Of a stretch of DNA of 64,000 nt, positions 10,479-18,854 are shown one piece after another. The position numbers and the translations under genes were made by a program. This stretch comes from Sulfurospirillaceae bacterium. GTDB lineage: Bacteria > Campylobacterota > Campylobacteria > Campylobacterales > Sulfurospirillaceae. The notes under the pieces are model-generated. The model did not search any database and had not been told where the DNA came from. It saw only the letters and a list, made by a program, of their open reading frames with translations. The stretch spans positions 128,001-192,000 of the forward strand of contig JAWVXD010000003.1 of NCBI GenBank assembly GCA_033723415.1. Direction: 5' to 3'. Each line of letters opens with the position of its first letter. Within the stretch, counting starts at the first letter, position 1.

Positions 10479-12515
10479 TCATATAAACCAATTTTCACTA
10501 TAATCATTTGCTATATCCATATCAAGTTCTCCAAATCCTGGTAAAGTCTGTATAATTTTATTGCCGATACAAAGTTCAAATCTACATTTTATTGATTTTT
10601 CATTTATAGGTTTTTTATCTATTCTCATATCAAGCCATTTTCCGATTGTAAAATCGATGTCCAAAACACCAAGATGCTTGCATTTTCCACTATTTTTGCA
10701 ACTTTGCAGCGAAATATGTTCATTGATGTCAAGTGGATCGATGATGATATTTATTTTATCATATGTATTCAATTCTTCGTCGTTTGCCAAAAATGCAAAG
10801 TAGAGATAATTCTCATCTTGCCCATAGAGTATTTTCTTGATCGGTCCTCGAGCTTTGTCCATAGTAGAAAAAAGTTTTGTTTCATCTATGATGCCACAGC
10901 CAATCCACTCAAAAAATGAATTGTGATTGCCATCAAGGCTTGGTGTAATGTTTGATTGAGGCGGCAATAAAAAGTGTTTTGAGCTTTTGTGTTTTGTTAT
11001 GGGCTCAAACAAATCAGAAGGAGGGGATACTCCCATCAAAAGATATATGCTGATAAGATGAGCTCTAAAGAGATCGTCAAATTCAATTCCAAATTCGGTA
11101 TAGTGATCATCTCCATACCACCAGAACCAATCAGAGCATTCAGCCAATAAAAATTCATCGGTTATCTTATTTTTGATCTCATCGCTCAAATTTTCTTTGT
11201 GATGTTCAAAGTCTCTTTTTGTAAGATATATAAGATCCCAGGCTCTTGTTTTTTCATTGTGACCTACCCAGGTATTAAATTCTCCGTTGATCCAACTTCC
11301 CGGGCTCAAACAATCCAAGGTTTTCTTTTCTAACTTTAATACTTCATCCATGTGAACAGTTTGACACCAGCTTGTCTCATTCAAGTCATGATAGAGTGTG
11401 TCAAAAAAATCAAATCCGTTATTTTTATAGAATTCCCAGGCATTTTCACCATCAAGTATCACGAAAACAGTGCCGTTGGGATTTTCATTTTCTATATGCT
11501 GCAATGCATTGATAAAATGTTTGCCTGCTTTTGACGCATCCCAAAATCTATATGTGAAACCTATCAGGTCGCTAAGTCCATGATCTCTAAAACCAATGCA
11601 CATATTGTCGTAAATATAGGGTGAGTATAAATTTTTTCTGTCATTGTTTTGAAGAGATTTAAATAATATGGCCTCATCGGTAGCGATCCATTTGATACCG
11701 CAATCTTGCAAAAGTTGCACACTTTTAGTATCCACTGCACCTTCTGCCGGCCAAAAACCACTCACTTCAAATCCAAAAGTTTCAGAAAATAATTTTTGTG
11801 CTCGCTCAACCTGAGCTTTGGCATCTTCGCTAAGAGAGATGCTTTGTCTTGGAATATTGGTGCTTTTATTTGCAGTAATTGCATTGTTCATATCTATCAA
11901 AAGAGGAAGTATCGGGTGGTTTAGCGGTGTAGTAGATATGGATATTCTGCCTTGTTGTGCCAAGGAAGTGTAATACTCAAATATACTTTGGATGAATTTT
12001 GACAACTCTTTAAGTAGTTTAATCTTGTCGTTTATGTCAAAACCTCTACCTTTGGCCATCAAGTGTTTTACGCTCTCATTGTGAGTTCTCAAATACATGC
12101 CACACCATGAAAGGATAAACAGTACTTGCATATCAAAAAGTTCATAATCTTCATATGCGGTGTAAGAATATAAAGTCTTAAAATGAGGCAATGATGAAAT
12201 CATAGTGTCGTATTGCGCACTTTTGCAGATCTTGATCATCCATTGACGCTCACTCTCGTTTAGTTCATTGATCTCTTTTAGCCATAGATTTAGAAAATAG
12301 TCATGAGATTGCGGCTTTTCATAGTAAAGTTTTAATTGTTCTATCAATGGGCAAGTGATGTTGAATGTAGCTTTAATATTGTCATGACGAGATAACATCC
12401 ATGGCATATCAAAATAATCCTTGATGGCATGCAAAAAAACCCAAGGCATCTTCATAATACCTGCATTATCTCTATAATCGGGTTGGTGCATATGCCAAAT
12501 AAAGCTTAAATTCAA
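10479..12515 (-). CDS. GH57 amylopullulanase-type glycoside hydrolase
   Basis: WHMHQP, FWPAEGAV, ILDGENAWE and AECSDWFWW motifs; likely TTG start at 12515 (start uncertain, see findings). Confidence 0.86.
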   Translation of the reverse strand: MNLSFIWHMHQPDYRDNAGIMKMPWVFLHAIKDYFDMPWMLSRHDNIKATFNITCPLIEQLKLYYEKPQSHDYFLNLWLKEINELNESERQWMIKICKSAQYDTMISSLPHFKTLYSYTAYEDYELFDMQVLFILSWCGMYLRTHNESVKHLMAKGRGFDINDKIKLLKELSKFIQSIFEYYTSLAQQGRISISTTPLNHPILPLLIDMNNAITANKSTNIPRQSISLSEDAKAQVERAQKLFSETFGFEVSGFWPAEGAVDTKSVQLLQDCGIKWIATDEAILFKSLQNNDRKNLYSPYIYDNMCIGFRDHGLSDLIGFTYRFWDASKAGKHFINALQHIENENPNGTVFVILDGENAWEFYKNNGFDFFDTLYHDLNETSWCQTVHMDEVLKLEKKTLDCLSPGSWINGEFNTWVGHNEKTRAWDLIYLTKRDFEHHKENLSDEIKNKITDEFLLAECSDWFWWYGDDHYTEFGIEFDDLFRAHLISIYLLMGVSPPSDLFEPITKHKSSKHFLLPPQSNITPSLDGNHNSFFEWIGCGIIDETKLFSTMDKARGPIKKILYGQDENYLYFAFLANDEELNTYDKINIIIDPLDINEHISLQSCKNSGKCKHLGVLDIDFTIGKWLDMRIDKKPINEKSIKCRFELCIGNKIIQTLPGFGELDMDIANDYSENWFI

Positions 12516-12525
12516 TGTTTTGTTC

Positions 12526-15027
12526 TCATTGTTTTGACCATAGGTCAATCTTTTTGCTATATTTATCGTATATTGCATTTCCTTTGGCTTCATCGGTTGC
12601 CTGAATATAGATGTTAAGATGATCGCTATACTGATCAGGTATCATCAGTATCCAATCTGTTTCATTTTCCCAGATTTTTACACCGTCTATTGAAGATGAT
12701 TTTTTACCGACAGAGGCTTCTAGGAATTTGCGCATCATTTTTCCCTTCAAAGATTGTGAACACGCGATCTTTTTGGAAGTATAGAAAAACTCATCTACCA
12801 GTTTTGAGACTTCTGAGAGTTTAATCTCATGACAGTTTAACATCTCCATAATTTTTAGACTTGCATACATAGCGTCACGTGTCAGCCCAAACTCCGTAAA
12901 TGTGAAGTTACCGTCCATAGTCGCGACCAAATCATACTCTTTGAGTTTTTCTGCTTTGAAGTTTGAGTAATTTCCTCTCTCTATTTCTAAATTCTCAAAA
13001 TAGATCATGTCCGTTGACCAGGTAGGAAGAAATACTCTTTTTTTCTTTTTACCATTGTTCATGTTAAGTAGGTACATGACAGCCAATAAGCCTTTTACTT
13101 TATTTAAAACTTCGCCTTCATCGGTTATCAATAAAAGTCTTTGCGCATTAGGATATATTATGATACCCATATCGTATTTTAGGCTTGTTACTATATTTGC
13201 AATATTTGATTTGGCTCTTTTTTCAAGATTCTCGATATTTGAGAGTTTTTTGCTGTCATAATAGGCATCAAGAACGATATTTTCAACACCAAGATCATTT
13301 AAAAGTAGAGGAAAAATCTCTGACGTACTACCGTGCATTACATCAAGCGCAACTTTAAAGCCTCCGCATTTGATGATGTTATGATCGATCTTGCCTTCAA
13401 TATCATTGATATATGCTTCACACTCTTTCCCATATAGGGATTCTTCTATTTCACCGATTTTAGAGTAATCCACTCTCCTGAACTTTTCTGTAAAAAAAGC
13501 TTTTTCAACTCCTTTTATAGAATTTGAATCAATTCTCAGAGCCTCTTCGTTAAATAGTGTGATCTGAGAACATGTCGTATCGACTATATCTCTTCTAAAA
13601 TGAGCCCCGGCTATAATAGAGTCATCTTTTGAAATAGAATATCTTAAAATAGAAGAGGCTATATTTTTCATATCTACTACATTTATACCGGCGGATAAAA
13701 GACCACCCAAGAATGCACGCTTTAACATCCTTGAGCTTTTGTCATTGTCTCTTCCTACTGCTACTTTTGATCCTATTGGCAGTTGTGAAGCAAAGGCTTC
13801 GGCTAGTTTTGTTGCCATATCGCATGAAAGCTCTATATTGCTTTTACCTGAAACGCTGCCACCTTCAAATATAGTATTTTTGTATCTGCTCCCAAGAACT
13901 AGATTGTGACTAACTATAGAGGCTGCTTCTATCTTCTTGTCAGGCCAGATAGTGACATCTCTTTCAAATGTTGCAAGCTCTTCTACTTCGCAGTTTTGAG
14001 CCAATATTAATCCTGCTTTCGCAGTGACATTTTTACCTATTACATTGTCATAGCAAATAATGCATCCATCAAATTTTGCATTTTTCCCAACCTTGATATT
14101 ATCCCAAAAGACGCTATTTCTTATATTGCTGTCGCTTCCTATTTTGACATTGTTTCCTATGACCACATTGTTTAATCTTACATTTTTCTCGATGACAACA
14201 TCTTTGCCCAGTACTACATTGCCTATTATCTCTATACTTTTGTCAAGCTCATAGATAGTGTCGCTGTATAGGATTCCATCAGGATATGATGTTTGTACGC
14301 CGGGGATCGTAAAGTTAAAACGATTTGACAATATGTCTTGATAAACTTCTCTGTAGCTTTCAGGGTTTCCTACATCGCGCCAATATCCTTTTAAATTATA
14401 TCCCATAAGTTTGATTTCACTTTTCATTAAGTTTGGAAAAAGATCTTTTCCAAAATCAAAATTTTCACCTTTTGGTATATAATCTAAAATTTCAGGTTCT
14501 ATTATATATATGCCTGTATTGATCGTATCGCTAAATACTTCTCCCCAACTTGGTTTCTCTAAGAATTTTTCAATCTCACCATTTTGATTTGCAATGACTA
14601 CTCCAAATTGCAGAGGATTTTCAACAGAAGTCAGTCCTATTGAGAGTTTGGCTTTCTTTTTTGTATGAAAATCAAATAATTTTTGAAAGTCAAAATCAGT
14701 GACTAAATCACCGCTTATGATGATAAAATTTTCATCTTTGATCAGATCTTGTGCAAGTTTCACCGCACCCGCAGTTCCATAATCATCATCAGGCGTTATA
14801 TAATCGATCTTTATGCCAAAATCGCTGCCGTCTTTGAAATAATTTTTTATGATTTCCGGTTTATAGTATAAAAGGACTATGAACTCTTTGATACCTAAAT
14901 TTTTTAACATCATCATGGTGTGTTCCATCATAGGTCTATTTACGATAGGAAGCATTGGTTTGGGTATTGAGTGAGTGAGGGGCTGTATTCTAGTGCCGAA
15001 TCCGCCTGCCATTACAACAGCTTTCAT
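12526..15027 (-). CDS. Sugar-phosphate nucleotidyltransferase (mannose-1-P guanylyltransferase-like) + left-handed beta-helix + degenerate phosphohexomutase domain
   Basis: MAGGFGTRIQPLT..PKPMLP, GTAGA, SGD, FLEKP and YWRDVG motifs; hexapeptide repeats around aa 265-370; PMM-like C-terminal half (VAVGRD..SSRML, IDGVKI). Confidence 0.85.
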   Translation of the reverse strand: MKAVVMAGGFGTRIQPLTHSIPKPMLPIVNRPMMEHTMMMLKNLGIKEFIVLLYYKPEIIKNYFKDGSDFGIKIDYITPDDDYGTAGAVKLAQDLIKDENFIIISGDLVTDFDFQKLFDFHTKKKAKLSIGLTSVENPLQFGVVIANQNGEIEKFLEKPSWGEVFSDTINTGIYIIEPEILDYIPKGENFDFGKDLFPNLMKSEIKLMGYNLKGYWRDVGNPESYREVYQDILSNRFNFTIPGVQTSYPDGILYSDTIYELDKSIEIIGNVVLGKDVVIEKNVRLNNVVIGNNVKIGSDSNIRNSVFWDNIKVGKNAKFDGCIICYDNVIGKNVTAKAGLILAQNCEVEELATFERDVTIWPDKKIEAASIVSHNLVLGSRYKNTIFEGGSVSGKSNIELSCDMATKLAEAFASQLPIGSKVAVGRDNDKSSRMLKRAFLGGLLSAGINVVDMKNIASSILRYSISKDDSIIAGAHFRRDIVDTTCSQITLFNEEALRIDSNSIKGVEKAFFTEKFRRVDYSKIGEIEESLYGKECEAYINDIEGKIDHNIIKCGGFKVALDVMHGSTSEIFPLLLNDLGVENIVLDAYYDSKKLSNIENLEKRAKSNIANIVTSLKYDMGIIIYPNAQRLLLITDEGEVLNKVKGLLAVMYLLNMNNGKKKKRVFLPTWSTDMIYFENLEIERGNYSNFKAEKLKEYDLVATMDGNFTFTEFGLTRDAMYASLKIMEMLNCHEIKLSEVSKLVDEFFYTSKKIACSQSLKGKMMRKFLEASVGKKSSSIDGVKIWENETDWILMIPDQYSDHLNIYIQATDEAKGNAIYDKYSKKIDLWSKQ

Positions 15028-15107
15028 ATTGTTACCTCTTCTTTACTAGGCTTAACAGAGTAAAAAGTCCTCTTATTGAAGTGTACGTCTTGCGTAGTAT
15101 ATTTCAT
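15024..15107 (-). CDS. Putative small protein or leader peptide, 27 aa (MKYTTQDVHFNKRTFYSVKPSKEEVTI)
   Basis: AAGGAG 7 nt before the ATG; its TGA overlaps the ATG of the nucleotidyltransferase (ATGA); below the ORF-track length cutoff. Confidence 0.55.
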   Translation of the reverse strand: MKYTTQDVHFNKRTFYSVKPSKEEVTI

Positions 15108-15133
15108 ATTTATGCTCCTTCATTAGAGAAAAT

Positions 15134-15166
15134 CAGCACGATCTCTTTGATTAAGAGAAGAAGCTG
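15134..15166 (-). terminator. Stem-loop between the CBM48 gene and the small ORF (terminator/attenuator-like)
   Basis: Minus strand CAGC-TTCT-TCTCTT-AATCA-AAGAGA-TCGT-GCTG followed by ATTTTCTCT. Confidence 0.4.
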
Positions 15167-15169
15167 TTG

Positions 15170-15448
15170 TTATATTTTTAAAAGTGAGTTTTTAGAGTTA
15201 AATGGTGTATCTATTGTTTCACTGTGTTCATCACATATCCAATTGTTGCCATCTAATTTATATCCAAATTGATGAGTGTTGTCAGATTTTAGAATTTTTG
15301 TAATATAAAATTCTCCATTTTTTTTGATTTTCATCGGCTCATTTTGCCAATCATTCCAATCACCACAAATATCCACGCTATTTGCATGTTCAGGCGATAA
15401 AGTAAATGTAACCCAAGATTTGTTTCCTTTTTTTGTAACCTTTACCAT
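15170..15448 (-). CDS. Stand-alone CBM48/isoamylase early-set (glycogen-binding) domain protein
   Basis: VTFTL..A.SV.ICGDWNDW..EPM, FGYKLDGNNW..D, TPFNSKNSLL; AAGGAG RBS before ATG 15448. Confidence 0.85.
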   Translation of the reverse strand: MVKVTKKGNKSWVTFTLSPEHANSVDICGDWNDWQNEPMKIKKNGEFYITKILKSDNTHQFGYKLDGNNWICDEHSETIDTPFNSKNSLLKI

Positions 15449-15606
15449 ATTGATCTCCTTAAATTGTGTAAGTGCCTTAATCAAGGACTTGTTGGTTACA
15501 TTATATCTAACATTTATAAATAAATGGAATCAAGGTTGTTTATGAAATAAGCAGATTTTTAATTTTTGGAAGTTTTTTGGAGATACTAAAGTATCCCCTG
15601 AAATTT

Positions 15607-15834
15607 TTATAAGCTGTTTTCTTTCTTATAATCTAAGATCATAGCATATGCTTCATCTTTAAGTTTTAATTTTTCTTTTTTTAATATATCAAGTTCCGAT
15701 GCTTCTATATGTTCTCTACCGCCTTCTGCATCATTGATCTTTTTATCAAGTTCATTGTGTCTTTCGAAAATTTTTGCAAAGTGTGCATTTTGTACTTTAA
15801 TATTAGAAATTATATCTCTATATTCGTTTAACAT
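15607..15834 (-). CDS. YdcH/DUF465 family small coiled-coil protein
   Basis: EYRDII..K..NAHF.KIF.RHNELD..I...LKKEKLKLKDE pattern; AAGGAG RBS. Confidence 0.85.
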   Translation of the reverse strand: MLNEYRDIISNIKVQNAHFAKIFERHNELDKKINDAEGGREHIEASELDILKKEKLKLKDEAYAMILDYKKENSL

Positions 15835-15886
15835 TCTTTCTCCTTTTTGATTTTATTATAATTGATGATTCTAGCAAATGTATGCT

Positions 15887-17071
15887 TCAAGTTCTATAAT
15901 CTGCATTGATTTTTACATATTCGTAACTGAGATCACATCCATAAGCCGTATAGGAAAAATTTCCCATAAATAAATTGCATTTTATTTTAAAAGAGTCTTG
16001 CTTCATCACGGCGTTTGCTCTTGCTTCAGTTTCCGTATCTAAAGTCGGTTGGTTGATCGAGTGAACCAAAACCTGGTCGTAGTAAATCTCAAGTTTTTCT
16101 TCATCACACGCTATGTTTGCAGCTCCGATCGTAGATGCGATTCTCCCCCAGTTTGGATCTTCTCCAAAGAGTGCGGTTTTTACCAAAAGTGAATTGCTCA
16201 ATGCCTTGGCTGCTTTTATGGCATCATCTTGCGATGCAGCTCCGTTGACTTCAAAAGCGACGACCTTATTGGCGCCTTCTCCGTCTTTTAAGATCATCAT
16301 AGCGAGGTTTTTGGTGATAAAATCCAAAGAGGCTGCAAAAGCGGTTTTATCGTAACATTTTTTTGTTTTATTACTTAGTAAAAAGATACTGTCATTGGTA
16401 GAAGTATCGCCATCGACGCTGATGGTATTAAAAGATTTCTCAGTGCTCGCAAGTAATAGTTCATCCATGTCGGCTTTTGGTATGTTTGCATCAGTCACTA
16501 AAAAGCACAGCATAGTGGCCATTGCAGGATTGATCATGCCAGCGCCCTTGCAAATGCCTGCGATATGAAAAAATTCACCGTTATCAAGTTCCACTTTGAC
16601 GCACAACTCTTTTTTAAAACTATCGGTTGTCATGATAGCGGTCGCCGCGGCATTTGAATTTTTTTCGTTAAAATCAAACTTTTGTATCGCTTCTTGTATC
16701 TTTTTCGTATCAAGACGGTAACCTATAACGCCGGTTGAACTCATAATAGGATTTTGTAGTTTTAGATTGGTTAGATTATTAAATATCGTGTTAATATCTT
16801 CAATGCCCCGTTCCCCCGTAATAGCGTTGGCATTTTTTGAGTTCATGAGTATAAAGTTTGTTTTGAAGTTTTTCGGATAGCGTTTAAAGTGTTTTATAGG
16901 AGCTGCTTGAAATTTATTTGTCGTAAAAAGTGCAGATACGTCGCACTCTAAATCACTTCTGATAAATGCTACATCTAAACCTGCATCCTTCTTAAATCCT
17001 GCACTTACCCCACTTGAATAAAAACCTTCGACATTGTCAAGACCGCCTTGCAGCGAAATAATATTGAACAT
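15887..17071 (-). CDS. argJ: Bifunctional glutamate N-acetyltransferase/ornithine acetyltransferase
   Basis: SSTGVIG, IMTTD, KGAGMINPAMATML, DGDTSTND and DPNWGRI motifs. Confidence 0.96.
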   Translation of the reverse strand: MFNIISLQGGLDNVEGFYSSGVSAGFKKDAGLDVAFIRSDLECDVSALFTTNKFQAAPIKHFKRYPKNFKTNFILMNSKNANAITGERGIEDINTIFNNLTNLKLQNPIMSSTGVIGYRLDTKKIQEAIQKFDFNEKNSNAAATAIMTTDSFKKELCVKVELDNGEFFHIAGICKGAGMINPAMATMLCFLVTDANIPKADMDELLLASTEKSFNTISVDGDTSTNDSIFLLSNKTKKCYDKTAFAASLDFITKNLAMMILKDGEGANKVVAFEVNGAASQDDAIKAAKALSNSLLVKTALFGEDPNWGRIASTIGAANIACDEEKLEIYYDQVLVHSINQPTLDTETEARANAVMKQDSFKIKCNLFMGNFSYTAYGCDLSYEYVKINADYRT

Positions 17072-17116
17072 ATTGAAACTCTTTTTTCTGAATTTGTGAT
17101 GAATCGGGTCTAAATA

Positions 17117-17152
17117 TTTTTGGAATTAAGTAAGCTTACCTAATTCCAAAAA
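17117..17152. terminator. Hairpin after rpmB
   Basis: TTTTTGGAATTA...TAATTCCAAAAA perfect 12-bp arms with a GTAAGCTTAC core. Confidence 0.7.
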
Positions 17153-17162
17153 GCTAAAAGTT

Positions 17163-17351
17163 TTAAGCGTTTTTTTTCATAGTCCTAAGAGTTGAAGCAG
17201 CAACTTTGATTTTCATAGTTGTGCCATCTTCTAATGTTACTCTGACGCTTCTAAGATTCGGAAGAAATCTTCTTTTTGTTTTATTGTGAGCGTGGCTTAC
17301 GTTATTTCCAACCATTGGCCCTTTGCCTGTTATTGCGCATCTTCTTGCCAT
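17163..17351 (-). CDS. rpmB: 50S ribosomal protein L28
   Basis: [33 protein letters not shown]. Confidence 0.97.
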   Translation of the reverse strand: MARRCAITGKGPMVGNNVSHAHNKTKRRFLPNLRSVRVTLEDGTTMKIKVAASTLRTMKKNA

Positions 17352-17451
17352 TTTGAATCCCTTGAATTTTTATAAGGCTGATATTATACCAAAAATTTAT
17401 AAAGGTTTTATGAAATTAACGATAAAATCTTGAAAATTTAAAAAAAAGATG

Positions 17452-17580
17452 CAATTAGATTCCTCTTTTACTCTTACTTTGAGGACAAAAGTAGCAAATG
17501 CAGTCGCGTAAGCAAACTTTCTGTGAAATCCTCTTGTGGCTTACGAGCTTCACACTTAGAGTAAAAGAGTAATCTAATTG
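17452..17580. repeat. 129-bp element bounded by 23-bp terminal inverted repeats (MITE/REP-like or structured RNA)
   Basis: CAATTAGATTCCTCTTTTACTCT (17452-17474) vs AGAGTAAAAGAGTAATCTAATTG (17558-17580), 22/23 complementary; internal hairpins TACTTT..AAAGTA and CGTAAGC..GCTTACG. Confidence 0.7.
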
Positions 17581-17607
17581 ATTAAATATTATTATGGAGA
17601 ATTAAAT

Positions 17608-18246
17608 ATGAAAATCGCACCAAGTATATTGTCGGCAGATTTTGGTAGATTGGATGAAGAGATTAAAAAAATCTGTGATAGCGGTTGTGATTTTGTTCAT
17701 GTAGATGTGATGGATGGGCATTTCGTTCCCAATCTGACAATAGGACCTGTTGTTGTAAATGCAGTAGCAAAAGCTGCTACAAAACCATTGGATATTCATT
17801 TAATGGTTGAAAACAATACTTTTTTTGTTGAGCTTTTTGCTCCTATTAAACCAGAATTTATCTCTTTTCATATTGAAGAAGAGAAGCATCCTCACAGGTT
17901 GATCCAAAAAATCAGAAGTTATGGTATCAGACCTGCTATCGTGCTAAATCCACATACTCCCATAAGCGCTATAGAGTATCTTTTAGAAGATTTGGATATG
18001 GTGCTTTTGATGAGCGTTAATCCAGGATTTGGCGGACAAAAATTTATTCCGTCTGTTTTGAAAAAAGCAAAAGAGTTGAGAAATATGATCAAAGAAAAAA
18101 ATCTTGATGTGTTGATCGAGGTTGACGGCGGAGTAAATGATAAGAATGTTAAAGATCTAGAAAATGCCGGAGTGGACATTGTAGTTGCCGGTAATTATGT
18201 GTTTAGTGCTGAAGATTATGAGCAAGCAATTAAAAGTTTGAGATGA
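17608..18246 (+). CDS. rpe: Ribulose-phosphate 3-epimerase
   Basis: MKIAPSILSADF, HVDVMDGHFVPN, MSVNPGFGGQ and VDGG motifs; start at 17608 after GGAG. Confidence 0.97.
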   Translation: MKIAPSILSADFGRLDEEIKKICDSGCDFVHVDVMDGHFVPNLTIGPVVVNAVAKAATKPLDIHLMVENNTFFVELFAPIKPEFISFHIEEEKHPHRLIQKIRSYGIRPAIVLNPHTPISAIEYLLEDLDMVLLMSVNPGFGGQKFIPSVLKKAKELRNMIKEKNLDVLIEVDGGVNDKNVKDLENAGVDIVVAGNYVFSAEDYEQAIKSLR

Positions 18247-18839
18247 TAAATACCAAAGTAAAGATCTGTGGCATAACGAATCTTGAAGATGCACTGAGTG
18301 CTATAAAACACGGAGCCGATGCTCTGGGTTTTGTATTTTATGAAAAATCACCAAGATACATAAAACCTGAAATAGCAGGTGAAATAATCAAAAAGCTTCC
18401 TCCTTTTGTCGAAAAAGTAGGTCTTTTTGTCAATGTCTCGGCTCAAACAGTCAATGAGTACGCAAAGATCGCTCGTCTTACTTTGGCTCAGATTCATTTT
18501 CATGCGGATGTTACGTTTTATCGTAGCTTGGATGTACCGCATCTTAAAGTCGTTCGTGCAAATTGCAGGGAAGATATTTTAAAGTATAATGATGAATATC
18601 GATTGGTTGATTCATTTGTCGAGGGCTTTGGAGGCGAGGGCAAAAGTGTGGATATGTCTTGGTTTGAGGGTGTTGATTGCTCAAAGATCATCTTAGCCGG
18701 TGGTTTAAATGTGTCAAATATAGATAGTTTTAAAAAATATAACTTTTATGGTTTTGATGTCAGTAGTGCCGTAGAGAGAGAAAAAGGCTTAAAAGATGAG
18801 CAAAAAGTAGAAAAGTTTATAGAAAAAGCGAAAAATTAA
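18243..18839 (+). CDS. trpF: Phosphoribosylanthranilate isomerase
   Basis: KVKICGIT, GFVFYEKSPR, LAGGL and DVSSAVE motifs. Confidence 0.94.
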   Translation: MINTKVKICGITNLEDALSAIKHGADALGFVFYEKSPRYIKPEIAGEIIKKLPPFVEKVGLFVNVSAQTVNEYAKIARLTLAQIHFHADVTFYRSLDVPHLKVVRANCREDILKYNDEYRLVDSFVEGFGGEGKSVDMSWFEGVDCSKIILAGGLNVSNIDSFKKYNFYGFDVSSAVEREKGLKDEQKVEKFIEKAKN

Positions 18840-18854
18840 AGGCTGGTCAAAATA

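Noticed and set aside
12516..12593. ORF-track start (MKPKEMQ...) for the GH57 gene
   Set aside because: It would overlap the upstream gene by 68 nt; the family motif begins right after the TTG at 12515.
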